This document shows positions 23,381-38,700 of a DNA stretch of 64,000 nucleotides, one piece after another. The translations under genes were made by a program, and so were the position numbers. Position 1 is the first letter of the stretch. Each line of letters starts with the position of its first letter. Source of the stretch: Stylophora pistillata (Eukaryota). The stretch lies in NCBI RefSeq assembly GCF_002571385.2, contig NW_019217939.1, positions 283,149 to 347,148 on the forward strand, given 5' to 3'. The notes under the pieces are model-generated. The model was not told the origin of the DNA, ran no database searches, and saw only the letters and a program-made list of their open reading frames with translations.

Positions 23381-23708
23381 CTGCTAATCCATTGGTTTGG
23401 AACACCATGGAGTACGTCAGCCGGGCGTTTTCCAGTTCTCTTTGGTATTTTGCCCTCAACTCAGCTCCTTTTCTCTGCTGTCTCAGTAACGCAACCCGTG
23501 CGGCTGTCACTCGCTGTCTCTCAGTAATCAGTTGGCACTTTGCACACGTGCAGTCCCTCCAGCGGCAATAATGTTTATGACCCTTGAGCCAAGAAACTGT
23601 GCCATGCGTGCGACAGCGAGCACATTTTGGAACTCTGTGATGTAGAGTAGATGAAGTGCTGGTCTCTTCCTCCTCTTGGTTTTCAGGCTCCTCTTTCGTC
23701 TCACTCAT
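23381..23708 (-). CDS. DMRT: DMRT (doublesex/mab-3 related) transcription factor, exon 1, DM domain
   Basis: [54 protein letters not shown] has all CCHC/HCCC zinc ligands. Donor GCA G|gttagg at 23381/23380, phase 1. Confidence 0.95.
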
Positions 23709-26700
23709 AATTCTTATTTATAAAACAAGATAAGGAGGGAATTTAAGAAGAACATTCTACCCTCCTCTGTTATGTCCCACTACAGGGAAATGGCATAACT
23801 TGTAGTCTGCGTGAGCAGATTTTGAATTATACCTCTTTAAATGTGAAGCACTGTTATGATTGCTTAACGTCGTATCCAAAATTGGATTAAGAAACAATTA
23901 TTCACTTTACTGTGATGATTTAAAAGAAGATGGTAGATTTTATATTAAGCCTCGTGATTTTAAGTGAACGGTGATGTTTATCAGTAAATGACACAGGCAT
24001 ACCTACTTATTCACAGTATTGACCCTTGGTTAGGGGAAAGTTTCGAGAGTAGATACGGGATCAAAACAATGTTTGTTAAGACTTGCTGAACATATTTTTT
24101 TATATGGAACCTGTCCTGAAGTGTGAAAAAAAACCTTTAATAGAGTGCTAAAATGTGAAAATTAATTGAAAAATGAAACAAAAGCCCGTTATTAATTGTG
24201 ACCAATAAAAAGCTCTCCATGAATTATTCCTCCCTTTCATGGCTTGTTTATGGCTAAAAAATTTTGTCTTGAGTTTGTATACCTAAAAACATAAGACCGC
24301 TGTTTTGCAAATCAAATCAAGAAGTATTGTTTGGAACAGCCTTGAAAATAAGCAATGAAAATAAAAGACTGTCAGACTCTTTAAATGAACTGCGGCGAGA
24401 TCAATGAATTAGCTGAGGAAGGCTCGTATTGTTAATTAAGTCGTCTAAAAGATAACACAAAGATATCATACATATTACAACTTGATAAGTTAAAATACGG
24501 GCTTCAGCTATAAAAGTTAAACCAAACTGATATTTCTTCTAAATATTATACACGACTTATCGAAAAGGGATGACTCAAACGACTTTGTTGTTTTCCATTT
24601 TGCTTTCTTGTTTCATTTTATCTCAAGTTTTTAGTTTTTTTCTTACATGATCGAATAACGAATAGACAATCAGTCTACTAAGAGTTTAATAAACAAACTT
24701 AATGGCAAATAAAATGTTATCTTTATTGTACATATAAGGCACAACCAGCCCATTCATAGAGGAATTTATAATTTTAGAGAACTTTCTAGCTAGCTAAGAA
24801 ATTCTGTACAGAATATCGATGGGCTGTCTTCCTTTTTGTCACTTTACTTCCTTTTATTTCCGTTTTCTTGTTTTGTTCTAAGTTTTCGGTAAGTTCTGCC
24901 CCTAAGATTATCTTCTTTCTTAGTGGAACTTAGGATTGGTATATAGTTTCGAAAGGGTTCGTTTTTGATAAAACAAAATCTCATCCTATGTCACATCAGA
25001 AAGCATTAAGATATAAATGTGGAGAAGGCAGTAGAATCCTAATAAAGGTAGGAGAGTGTAGAACAAATTCGACATTTTTACTCATGGTGATTACTGCACA
25101 TGTTTATGACGCAGTATACCAAATTTTATACTTCTCTTTCTTGAATAGCCGTACCTGTATCGTCTTTACTCCATGTAATTTTTTGGGAGTGGACGCAATA
25201 AAGTTGACAAGGAGAACAAGTGAAAATTTGAGGTCCTTGGGGCGTTTACTTGTTTGCACATATAATTAATTGAAACATTTTTTTAAGTTGCTAAAACAAC
25301 ATATAATCCTATTGCTGGGAAACAAAAATTAAATTTCACTTTAATCAGTGTTTTTGGAACTTGGACCTGAATAAAATGATTTCAAATCTTGAAACAGAGT
25401 TATGAGTTGGTCATTACAGTCCGTTGATTGAAATAATCAACTTTTTTGTCTTTAAAATGTTGTTTTGGGGGTATCCGGATTTTTTAAGTAGAACAGTTCG
25501 TTATGTTTGTGTTTGTTGTTGTTGCCAAACAGATATTTTCTCGGAATCTATTTTCTCCACTAAATTTCAATTCACAGACACAACCATTAACAGTTGGACT
25601 AAAAGTTGCTGAAAGGATAGTTATAAGGATGAACCTAAAGAGAGAATAAACCTCTAGGTTATGTGGAAAAAGCGACAGACCGTCGCACACTTTACCATAT
25701 TAAAATACATGAGCAGAAAACGCCAGGCGCCACAAAATCTGCAGCACTTCATACTTGTGCAAAGCGTTGATTATATTTCGCGAGGAGAGCTGAGTAATTT
25801 ACAAGAGAGTGTTAAAATATTAACCAAGAAAAAAATGTTTTTTTTTTTTTGTAAAGAAGCCGAATTATAAGTCGAAAACGCAATTTGCTTGGGCAATAAA
25901 CTAACTCGATACTGTATTGGTTTAGAAATGCTGCAAAGCTAAAATCTGTTTTTGAAGTGTTTGGAGCACATAAGGGGAAATGAAGTTGCAACATATAGCA
26001 TTGTTTTCAATCGACTTGACTTTCAAAAATTCGTTTAAGTGAAATTTACAGTAAATTATGTTTTACATCAGAAAGTAAACAGGAACTCTTAAACCCCAAT
26101 ATGTTGTCATTTGTTAACTGAATGTAGCAATGCGAAGTGGATTTTAACAGCGTACATAATGTTACAATAAGGTCTCTTTGCATGTCGAATTTCATTTTGG
26201 TACAAGACGATCGAGGGGAATCGAAAACCTCTGTTTTGAACGAGTGTATAAACCACTTTGGGTAAAATAGACGAGATGATTTCTTATTTCGTAATCTGCT
26301 AGAAATGATCCAGTGTATTATTGAAATCAGATTAAATTCAAAATCACTGAAATTGAACAAAACTGTACGAAATGGCCTGGATAATTTGCCAGACTTAGCA
26401 TACGACTTTAGATTAGGTTTGCACGTCTTGTAGGTAAATTTGACAAATAATTGGTAATTGGAGGAAATCTGTGTCATACCTTAGACCCGCCGATGTACTT
26501 GAACTGTTTTTGGCGCCAAAGAAATCAAGAGCGCCTACCACGCGGCAAAGATACCGTCACGGACCTCGAGGAAGTAAAGTGCGATCTGAACAACTGGATA
26601 ACAGGACTTTTCTTTGTTGTATATAATGTAGTTACCGATTCAACGGCCAAATATTTCGAGGGAGGGGCTTCTTCCATTAGACTGTACTGGTGGATAAGTA

Positions 26701-29700
26701 TAGAATTACGTGAAGCTTGCGATATGTTAAAAGCTTTTCAATTTACCATCTGTCAAATTCAAATTCAACAAACTCAAAGGCACGGTACCTTTGAGATATA
26801 TTGTTACCCGAATTTTCCGTAGCAAACTTCAAATGTCATCCGAGAACGAAAAATAGTACTTGTAACTTCCCGTACACCTGGTGTGAGAATACCCCGAAGA
26901 GGAAGAAACGATGGCAGCTTACGAAAACTTATTTTAATTCAATAAGCAGCCTCTTTTGTCACAGGTATAAAAGTTTACTTAAAGAATCGTTAATAGATTT
27001 GTAGCCCTTTCAACAGAAAGGTTTATTCGTTGTTCCTCTGTTAACTTGTTAAACATGATAGGAGTTTTTAGGGGCTTCTGTTAAAATAATAAAATTGTCA
27101 CATTTGAAGTAAAAACATCTGCTACGAAAACAAAACAAATTATTGTCTTTAATTTCACTAAAATTATAATTGGATTGCACTTCTAGCCATTCTGAGGGCG
27201 TTTTGGCGCCATTTGAAGCCTTTGTTTTTAGCATAAGTTAAAAATTTGCGGAGTAGTTGTCAACCGTCCTTCTCATTTGACATTACTCAGAAAAAAGTGT
27301 GGTTTTTTTGCGTCGTTTTGTTAATTTAGCATTTGACTTTAACGCAACGGCTATTTTTCTTACTTTTTCTGAATTTACTGGATTTTTCCTTTCAAAAAGA
27401 AATAACGTTTGTAATCTATTTTGAGACAATTTTACTTGTTTATGAATACGCAAGGCAGGTGCGACTTGATATTGAGATGGACAATTATTTTCAACTCTAA
27501 AGTGGCTTGGTCACCCGTTATAATAACACTGGGGTACTAATTCGCCTCTGCTCTTGTTAAGTACCCAGAAATGAAATGTCTATGACAACCATTAGCATGA
27601 CAAATGCCACAAGCAACCTTTTAACTAGGCCCGAATACTACGTTTCCCTGTTCCGTGAGCTAAATGACACTTTCTTCATTTGAGCTGGTGAATCCTTACT
27701 CAAGATTAACAATCACGAAAATCGCAAAATCGACGAATTTCATCGTTGTGTGATCAACGCTAATTCAATTTTCCGTGGCTTATATTTTGAGGGATCACTT
27801 TCGCTCAGATCACCTTCGCTCAGTTATGTATTGGAAAGATTTCAAATGAACAAGCTGACTCGTACATAGGTTTACAGTTTCCACGGAAGCTGAAGTTATT
27901 GTCACCAAAGTATTGTCCTAAAGAAGTGTCGGATTAACCCTTTGTACAAGTACTATGAGAGGTGGAATAAAAACCAAAATTGTTACATTTTGAAGGTTTA
28001 GTCGTATTCAATCTGCAAAGTCTGTAAACAGCTCACTGCTTCAGGCGCAAATCGTTCAGCGTGGCTAAAACCGATTGCCTGAGGCGTTTTCTAAACGTGG
28101 TAGCAGAAAACCTCGCTGTTGTCCGGAAATGTCACCGCTTTGTTTTACCACCATATGACTATATACCTATGTTTAAGTTAGTATTTCTAAAAATGCTTCT
28201 GGACTTCGTATTGATTTTTTTTTTAATTGTTGGTGTACATAAAAGATAGATGGCTATATTGCAGCCCCTTAGTACGTAATGATAGATTGTTACAGAAGAT
28301 GTATCATTGGCCGCCTCACGCGATAACAATTTCCAAAATCTGCCTCTTTTAAGCTTGTGATACTTATTTTCACGAGTAGAAACAGTTTCTAGAGCAACCA
28401 CTGTACGATTCAGAATTTCATTCATTGAGTTTTTTATTAAGATGCACACTTAGAAGGATAAATTCAAATTAATGAAATAGAGCCCTGCATTGTTGTGGCT
28501 CATCGCCTGAAGGTTTTAGGTCGTTTGTTTTTATAAGCTTACGGTATGACACAAAATGTTTCTGTTCTTCCTTGATAGACTTACTGAAATAAGTCAGCAG
28601 GCTAAAGACACAACCCTTTGACTCGGATGACATTATTTGCGGGGATGGGGATACCGTTAGATAAGAGCGTGCCTAGGGCTTAAAAGTCCAATTATAAAAT
28701 AATTAATTCATCAGTGAGGTTTTTCCGTAATATTAATGGTTCAATTTTTTAACATGCAGATGCAACTTAATTTCTTACGCCTGCCATGAACCACCGTAAA
28801 ACTTGAACTAAATTAGATTCACGATTAGTGGAGATTCGTGCTCCTCAGTGTACTGGGATGATCCTATCGTGGCTGAAAAAAACTCCGTGTTACAATGCAA
28901 GCTGTATTTTTTTAAAGGAAGTATAGAACTCGTGCCTGGAGACTTAAATTCCTTGGACTACAAACTTTCAACTTTTTGCTATCTCGACTTGATACTTTTG
29001 TAATGAATGCCATCTAACTATTTAAAACTCTCTTACAAGATCATCGCAGTTTTATATTTGTGAGTGGTTTGTTTCTTTCGGATCCGATTCAATTATTCCG
29101 TTTCCATTAGCTTCAAAGGACATCTTGTCAGTCTTAAGTGGATTTTAACACGGGTGGTATCATTGAGTTAATCAACCCGCTTGTATGCAACTCAGCGAGA
29201 TACCCGCTGTCCTTGGCTGACGCACGTGGTCTACCATTTCATTTTTTTCCTTATTGACGTCTCGTCAATTGTACTTACTAGTTTCTTTTGTGTAGTTCCA
29301 AGGGTGAAGCAAAATACGCAGGAAAATACGCAAAATACGCAGGAAGCGGAGAACTATGAGTAGTAAGTCTCAATCTTCATCTCGAAATAGTTCCGATTTT
29401 CTCTCTAAAACGTAATTTTCTTTGCCTCAAAAGAATCTGGATGGAAATTTTAAATCTAACGCAAGTAACAGCCCAGGTTTGCAAATCTTGTACTCGTCAT
29501 TAAATTTCTCGTAAGGTTTTTAACGTAAATTTCTCTCAGTGATGTCCGTTAGTTTAAGATATCTTGAAACTCACGCCAGAGTAATAAGTATAGTATCATC
29601 TTTTTGGAAACGTATTCAATAAAAACTTGAATTAGTCCGTCTCCTTCAATTTGCAGTTTGTCTTCGATAGTAGACAAGAATAACGTAGTACATGCCCAGA

Positions 29701-32700
29701 TCGACCTTGTTTTGGAAATACCTTCTAATTTTCTTTAATCGTTACTTGACTATAATTTCCATGATTTGGATTTTTTTAGTGCCAAAATCTCTTACTACGT
29801 GGCTAATGAAGTTTCGGTATCCTGGGCTATACAGCAATCATTTACTGCCTGCGTTTTTTGCCTATTTGCCGACTTATAATATTCAAGTTTGTTCTAGTCA
29901 TGTCTTTTAAAAGACTTGGAAGTAATAATTTCAATGAATAACTTCTCTTTTCGCTGTAAAGACGAACCAGTAGCCTCAAACATGAGGGAAATATTCTCAC
30001 AGAGTACATTTTGTCGATGATTAATTTTTCTGGCAATAACCAAGAATCGATGATTAAGAATCGATGATGGAAATCACACCAGGAATTGGAAGCCATAAAT
30101 CGTTTGGCCCGAGGTGAATTAATAAATTTGATAAACATCTTTGTGTCCCGAGGCTTAACTGAATGTCTTTATGAATGGGATTAAACAATCCGACAAGCTT
30201 TGGCTGCTTCAGCTTTAGATAAACTCAACTTACCCTGTAATTACCCCTCGGTAAAGCACGGCAGTATTGGATTCACAGCGGTAATAAAACCTGCTATTGA
30301 AAATTTTTTGAATCTACCTGAGAGTCGAATCGACCTTTTTTAAGTGTTTGGAATTTTCAAGGTGTTAACGAATTCGTCTCCTCCTATGCGACAGGAAACG
30401 CTTGGACTGTCTACTTGGGAAATTTTACCACCGCCTTGCAAGACAACACGATAGGTTTTTCTCGGTGTAAGACATGTAAATTATGGACTTTCGTGTGCGT
30501 GTGGTTTTTAAACATTAAGTTTCAGACGCTAAAAAGACGTTAAAAAATTCTGTTCACTCCCCTTTGGTCGCCAAAACGGCGCCAAATTTTTGTAGAAAGC
30601 AGCCGAAAGTAAAGTCTTCAAACTATCACCAAATGATGTGGACAAAGTGTATTTTAGGTCGAGGGGTTGGTTTGAAAAATGCATTTTCCTCTGATAAAAA
30701 GCCGCTATTCAGTTTAAATTTGGAAGATCTCGTGATCGGAAGAATATCTGTTTATGCGACTTGGGGATAAGGACGATTTAAGAAAATGTGGCGAAACAGA
30801 ATGAAGTTTAAGTTAAAAAAAAATCACGTTGCGTTATCATTTGGTCAACCCACAGAATGCCCTGTAAAACTATCAATTTTGATCAGGCCTAGACGAGAGT
30901 ATACAGTAATGCAAATTATCCAACTCAATATTAAATTAGAAGAGCTCTTTTGGGGGTAAACTGTGTACATTTAGTGGTAGACGACGAGACACAATGCCGG
31001 AGCTGACACTTAACTTCGCAGATGCTGATCTTTTTTTATATAAAACAACATTAAAAGTCGATGGGATGATCGAGAAGAAGCACGCAATTTTTTCGGAAAA
31101 TTTTCAGCAGCAAATATCAACTTGAAACGAGAGGTAGCAATTAATACTCGTGAGAGGATTGTTAGTAATTATTTCTATTTAAACAGCTTTAGTTGCTACC
31201 CCCAAGAAATAAGAAAGTTTGTCTTCTCTTTTATGTTTTGTCTAAGAAGGGAACATTTCGATGCGAGAAACAAAAAAGCACGAGAAGTGGAACAATACGA
31301 TCACTTCTATAGTTTTTGTAAGAAATGTTCAGGGCTGGCGCACTTCTAGCTATGTTACATCGAGGGAAAACTTTGTGCGGATCGAAACTTCGGATGGATC
31401 GCAAGTATCTGCTAAATCTTTTTAGCAAAATTAACTTTATGCAAAATTGCTCTCTTTATTGTGATCCGAAAAAGTCATTGAAATTGGCGCGCATCATTGT
31501 TAACGACTTAAACAACCTCCATACGCCAAATGCCTTTCCGTTTTATCTCACAGATTTTTTGTCTTTCCTTTCCGGTCAAGCGGCTAATTCCCAATCTGAG
31601 AGATTTAATACACATATATTGCCGCTTTATGTCAGACGTAGAATCTTTTTATTACAAGAATTGTTATCTTGTTTTGAGACGATAACGCCAGGGAAATGAA
31701 TTATAAATTTCAACCTCTCGACGTTTAAAAGCGACTTTACAATGACGGTCAAAATTGAGCATGGTTAATTTCTATATAACCTACGATGTACGATTACCAA
31801 GTGAAATTGCGGTAATAACAGTCGCTGATTGATAGCAATGATTAGCCGGTTTCCTTAATATTCACGCAAAACAAGCAAATTTCATGAATGAATTTGTTGT
31901 TTTATTTCGTCACGATGGGACCACTGAACGAACGCAAACACACAAAAGTAATGATTTCGAACAAAGACAGCCTTCGGCAGCGGATGGCTTCAATTTAACA
32001 GATTGCAGTCGCTTTCGCACTATCTATAAAATTAATTCACAAGTTGGCTTATTGTCGTTGGCTGCGACACTTAATGGCGAGAAATATCGTCACATTTTGA
32101 AAAGATAAGTTTACATTACATCAAGTCTTAACAGTAATATCTAAAAATGATTAATTCTCAATTGACTTTTGGGCATTTCTGTGGGTTTAAGCTTGCTTTT
32201 TATTATCCTTTTAAGCACGCACGCCAATTTTTACCTTCAATGAAAGAGGGAATTATATGCCAGGATCACGACCTCAGTTCACGATTGGAGCTTTAGTTTC
32301 ACAGTCAAGAGGGGAGAAGTGTTACATAATGTTCTTGCTATGAAGTACATGCTAGAATTTTCAGGAAAATGAACGCATTTCGTTTATAATTGATAAATCT
32401 AAGAGATATCATTTTTTAATCTGGCAATTATTGCATTTTTTTGTCTGCAGAGGTTTGTCGTTGTTATCATAGATATTCCTCGCCCTCGTTCTTGGGTATT
32501 CGGGATTATGTTTCAAATTAAATTGAGAGATTGCAGGTGTACGAAAAGCAAGAAATTGAATTTTCCGCTTATTTTCAGACTAAAATTAATGTCAGATGAA
32601 TTTCACATAAATTGTACTCCTAATAAGAGCTTCAAAATGATTCAAATTGGCTAAATTCCCTCAATAAGGTCTAGCTTGGACTTTACCAAATTTGTTAACC

Positions 32701-35700
32701 TCAATTCGAACGCCAAGAACTAGAATAACTGTAATTTGCTAAATATTTATGAATGCACCAGTACTTCGATTACAAAAAGTTGTACTTAGTTTTACCCTCA
32801 GATGAATTGAAATCGATCAAATGAATGTACAGTGTTGTTCGCAGTTAAAACCTACCTTAGTTCGCGTTTTCTACTTGGAGTGGACTGAACGACCAATCGA
32901 AGCGCTTTTAGTTCAACCTTAAAATGGAAATTAAATCATTAATCGCACTCACTGCAGAGAAAGATGAAGTTGAACGATTGTAGAATTAACACATGTAGTC
33001 ACGGCATCATAGAAGAAATTGTGGGCTTGAAAGGCGGATACCTGCGTTCACTTCTTTAAAGTAGGGCTCGACAAGAGATGCACCCAGTGAAAACGATTCT
33101 TTACAGCTCTTAACTCTTTCTCCCGTCGGCAAAATTTACTGAATAGTCGATGTGCGTAGCTTTTAATTTCACCACCTCGCTGAACCGCTGTTTTGATAAA
33201 TTTGTCAGCGCTGGCTCATGGACCCAAAACGGTGACGTTCAGAATTTGGCGTAAAATTGTTAAAACAATAGGCACGAAAAAGACCTTTTAAAATGGCGAG
33301 TTCTCACTTGCTTGTTAAGGCGTTGCTCTGCTTGGCCGAGAACAGTAATGTCAACCTTAGAACGAAATTTCATTAACTTCGGAAGTTAGATTTCTTTAAT
33401 AATTGCTTTCTTAATAACTTAAGTAAGTTAATTGTCAAGCCTGTCGCGTAGGAGACAAGTTTACTAGCAGGTGCTACCTAAATGACAGCTCTTCAGTAGT
33501 CCTGTTTTAAATTTCGCCAGTGTTTTTCCAAACCAGCGTCATTTTTCATCCATAAAGACAGAAGGGCTCTTTTATCACTCAAACTACTTTTTCCTTCTTT
33601 TCGTCAAAACTTAGTTCCGTCTTTGAATTTCACTCTGTAATACGGACAAGAAGAGCCTAATAAAAATTACATTTTCTTTTATTTTTAAATTTGGTCATTT
33701 ATTGTACAATTATTGGGATAAATTGTGCAAGTCGGTTTTTAAGAAAGAAGAAGGGAATATTAGAAACAGGCATTAACTGCGTTGTTAACACAGTGGTATC
33801 TTCACACAATTTATTTAATTGTGATCAAAATCTAAATTCTACATATAATAGAATACATGTCAAAAAGGCAGGTGAAAAGAATAGAAAGTGAAATTATTAA
33901 CTGTGCGATGTTGAAAAAAGCAACACTCAATTCTCACAACTAACCTCGAAACAAATGAACGGAGATTCGTTAGGAGAAGTTATACGATTTGAACATGGAT
34001 CGAGACATTAAGCCTTCAAATCACCTGTCTTTGCATTTTAAAAAACGACTAATTAGCTGCCTCTCCGGCGTTGCATTTATGCGGTTTTATGCGTTTATTA
34101 TATCAATTAGCCCCAAGGGATATGAATTTTACACAAATTGAAACTAACAACGGCGATAATTGCTCAGCTTGTCGGCAAAGTTTTGAAGTTCGCGTTCGCT
34201 GTTCTCTGCTTAGGAACTTCTCAGCCCAAGTCAATGTATTTACATTCACGTCCCCGCTCTTGGATGTATATTCATTCTGAACATATTCTGAAAATATTCA
34301 CCCTAAAATATGTCTATAAATTGCTTCTGTCGTCATATTTTCTATGATTTTTTTGTCATCATTTTTATTTTCTTTTTGAAAAAAAAATCGACTCACAGAT
34401 CTTTTGTCCATTGATGATTTGTTTCGGCTAGTTACAGTTTAATTTAGTTTGATAAGATAGAAATCGAGAAAAAACTTGTTTTTCAAGAAAGTCATTGAAA
34501 AAAATCATTTGAAAAAAGAATGTTAATACTCTCGGATTATTGAAGATCGTTATCGGGAATATTTGTTGAAAACAAAAGTTCTGCTTCCCCGTATCATTAA
34601 ATACAATGTAAGACATACATAAAGACCCTAGCCGACAGACTTTTTGCCAAAGGCGTTGAAAATTGTTCAAGAAGTGCGGTAGATATAAAAGAGAATTGAT
34701 AATTAAAACTTGTAAATTGGAACCTTTCTCTGGATTTAAAAGGTTCTTCAGTTTCCGACTGGATTTAATTTTCCTGTTTGGAAAACTGTAAAACCGCTTT
34801 CGCACACTTATATCTAAACAGAAATACGTTTTATGCTAATCTAAGAAAATATTGTTCAGAATGCGCGTGTAAAGCCCATTAAAGCAATTTAAAACTCGTT
34901 TCAACTCTTTCGCCCAAAACTTGGACCACTGAGAGGTAAAATTTTAAGTCATCGACACTTGGCAGTCACCGGTACTAAAACCAATGAGCAAAATATAATA
35001 TGATTGATAATAATCATGTGATGAATAAATATTTTGGTTCCAGACTGTTCAGTCTCCTCAAAATTTAAAATTATCGTTCGTTTGTATGGAAATACTCCGT
35101 AAAAATAATTTAATCTTTGATACATGTCCATAGCCTAAAGATTAATTTGCTTTCGAGAAAAGTCTACACGATAAACGTGTCGATTTCGTACAGCAATTCT
35201 TAGGAGCACCAACGAAAACTAACCACGCTTTTGATTTATTTATATAACGAAGTAGTTCAAACAAATAGTGTCAATGAAATGAAAGCAATATTTCATGCCA
35301 TGCGTTTTACACAAGAAATGTCACAAGTGAACCTTTTAAATTGCGTTTGCTCAGGAAGGGTATAGTGAAACAAAAGATGTTAAACTGTCTCCACACCCTA
35401 AGAATTCAATATTCAACCTCATTTAACAGGAACAACAAAAATTCCTCACAGCCCGGCCACTTATCGATACCGTCATAACGAACACGAATTACCTTTTTTA
35501 GGTTTGTTTTTTTGTTCAGTGTTAAGAGAAAAGCGGCGAGCTCCAATTATCATCACATTGTCAAGCTACAAGAGCAAAAATAATTTCATTTGCCCTTGGT
35601 AATCTTGATAACGATTTGGAAGTTACATTGTAAGCCTTTTACATTGTCCGTATTTCACAATGAAAACGACCCACGTGGTTGAATCGTGCGCTAAGTCTTG

Positions 35701-38700
35701 ATAAAGTCAATAGTAACTCTTTTTTTTTTTACAACAATGGATTACAATGCGCTCCTTACTCTTCTCAATGGCTGGTTATGAAGGCGAAACGATGACGGAT
35801 TTTGGAATTCAGAGGCATTACAGCCGCGAAATTCTCGCACAAATGTTATCTGTCGAGGCCCACGCCATTTTAAATGACTTTATCATTGAATATTATTTGT
35901 TTGTTCAGAAAAAGATATTAGTGTTTATTTAGCCGCAATGTCTGCTTTCTTGTGTCCACATTGATTTACAATTTCGCTCATCTAGAATGACTGAGAAGGG
36001 TGTGAAACATCCTCAGCTGGGTTTACTTTATACAGATAGCTCTTCAAAACCTCGCACGGAGACTTTAAGCTCTGTTCGAGCTTTGCGGGGAGCAACAAAG
36101 CTTTGACATGCCGTTGTCTCTTACATCTTAACATTTCGCTAATTGTTACTGGAACTCCTTCGAGGTCACCTCCTCAGTCATAGAAATGGGCCAATCAGAA
36201 ATATAGTTTTCTACCTCGATCAGTTTGTAAACACTAGAATTACGAATTCTGATTAACCTCATTTTTCTCCCCAGACTGCTTGGTACGTTGTGAGAATGAT
36301 AAAAGGATCTTGTTTTTTTTTTTTTTTCTCGAGTTGTGTTGGGTTAGCCGTCGTAAGCTTTCTACGGTGTGATTTTGTAACCATAGTAAAACAGAAGCAA
36401 AAATGATCCCCAATCGACAATGACCCTAAAACCATAGAAGTACACAAAAACAGAACAGGAAAGCTAGCTGCTCCGGAAACTTTCTTGTCTTAGATCACAG
36501 CTGAAACCTCATTAATAGGGATGAATATTACTTAACTGACCTGCATTCAGTAAATAGATATGCATGTATATAAAAAAAGGACCTTTTCATCTTTCAACTC
36601 AATTACCTATAGCGTAGTAACTTTCCAGGTATCCGTATTACAGCTATGACTCAGAATACACCACCGGCAAATATCTGCAGTTTCCAGCAGATTCTGTGGT
36701 TCAATTACAGTGACTTTGTTGATAACAAAAGAGTCCTTTCTGTAGCTTAGTATTATTGTTTTCATGAAAAAACCACCAGTTGTCCTTTGTGTTCTGAATT
36801 CACTTGCCCAAGATTTTTCTCCGTAATGAGTAGAAGAGTTAAGTCTGCAACTTTTTACCTGTTTAAAGGCGTAGGCGTCCTAATTACACAGCTCGAGGGA
36901 TAACAAGTGGTGTATTACAAAACCCCACGCCTTTTCAATAATTTTTATCCAGACCTGTCAACAATTAGTTTCTTTTACACGGTCTTGGCGATTTTGCCTT
37001 GATTACCAAAAACAAATTTTTGAACTGCTAAATCAATTTCCTTGTAAGGACTTATCTTAATAGTCGCGTTAGACTGCAGTGCTATGACTCGGCATTCACT
37101 GCGTGTTCTGATTTCTTTGAGCATTCAATACAAAAGGTACTGTTTATTTTACACAATTGCTCCAGATAAAGTCCCAAATAGGGTACTTCTATGCGTAGCG
37201 CAGTTGCTCAGTTGCTCGTATATCTCTGACGTATCATGGACAATCATCTTCTTGAGGCCGTCATGCACACCTTGATTACAATAGAGCAGTTTCCTATTTA
37301 GTGGTTTAATCATCAGCCAAAAGTTAAACCGCATAATCATTGATTTAGGTGAAAATTTACCAAATCAGAGAATACGTTACGTCAAGCTGATTCGTGATGA
37401 TTAATTTTGGCAAGCACTTTGTTATTATCTCTCAAAGTTATGAACGTGTCCTGTACTTCATGACATTTTCCTCTGAGGAAGAATCATTATTTTTAAACTG
37501 ATCCGTATGTCAGCATGGACGCTTCCGGTTCATCCGAAATGAAATAATCCTCGATCAAACTCTCCGCTGTTAAAATTGACGTTGCAACAAAATTATACCA
37601 CATGACAGAGTAAACCTCCACTAAAAATCCTTGACAAAGTAAGTTCGATCTTGTCTTGTCATGTCATGTTCGTCGATACATGGAGTTTAAAAGTTACTCA
37701 CACGAATAGTGGTTACCCATGAAAAGCGTTTGCCCCCTTCAACCCCTCCCCCAACCCCTTCCCCACCACTCCCCCCATCCCCAGCCCTACGTACCACGCA
37801 CCTCGAAACCAAAAACGCTGCACAGGTATGTGTAATACACCTTTTTGAATTTTTTGCAAGAAAAATTGTCAGGGTATTTCACGGAACTTTTGCTTGGTTT
37901 ACAAATGTCAACGAACACAATTGGTCATGCATTCTTGGAACGGCTTTGGCTAATTAATTGCTTTATGCATGGCTTGAAGCAGTTTGGGTTCTAAAGAAGA
38001 GAATTTTAGGTCAAGATTAGCCTAAAGTCAAAACAAAGTTACATAAATGTGCTGATATTCAACAAGCTCCCGCCCTCCCCGTTGTAGCGATAGGCGGACA
38101 ATGATTCCTTTCATGGAAAAGTTTCCTTTATCAACCGGTTGTATGCACAGCTGAAATATTTTGTTTTAAGTATCTGCCTTATCATTTGCCTCCTTAATTG
38201 TATACGCGCAGGTACATTATGCGTTATTCGATTCACGATTCACGATTCACTTCACAGCGTTCAAATTTGGATCTTTCCTGACGCATAACATATTCTGCAA
38301 GGGAGGATACGGGCTTTTTCGACCTTGAAATCTGGTATTTATATATTCATGTTTGGGTCAGCACGTCAATACTGCATGACGGTTCTGTTTTTGACGCCTT
38401 CCTCAGGCTTTGTGGTACGTGTTCAAAATTAATCCGCTTCTCTGAAAAACACAGTTCGCTAAGAATTAAATAGTGATAATCTGCGATATATTTTAGTTTC
38501 TTATGAGCGCTGAAAAACCGTGGCAATTCTCCTACACAAATCTCCTAGTGTAGGAAATTGTTTATGATGGACTGAAAACTTGACAAATGAAAAGTTCAAA
38601 AGGAAATTTTGATGCTTTATACTGTTTAACAAATGATAAACACCACAGCATCACAATATACTATTGAGATATAATTATGGATGCACGCGGGAGGTTGCTA

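Noticed and set aside
29400-30140. Possible decayed coding region
   Set aside because: Stops in the frames I translated and no recognisable homology.
35621-35636. Additional ACA[A/T]TGT cores (e.g. ~34603, ~35625, ~60375)
   Set aside because: 7-10-bp AT-rich matches are expected by chance in 64 kb.
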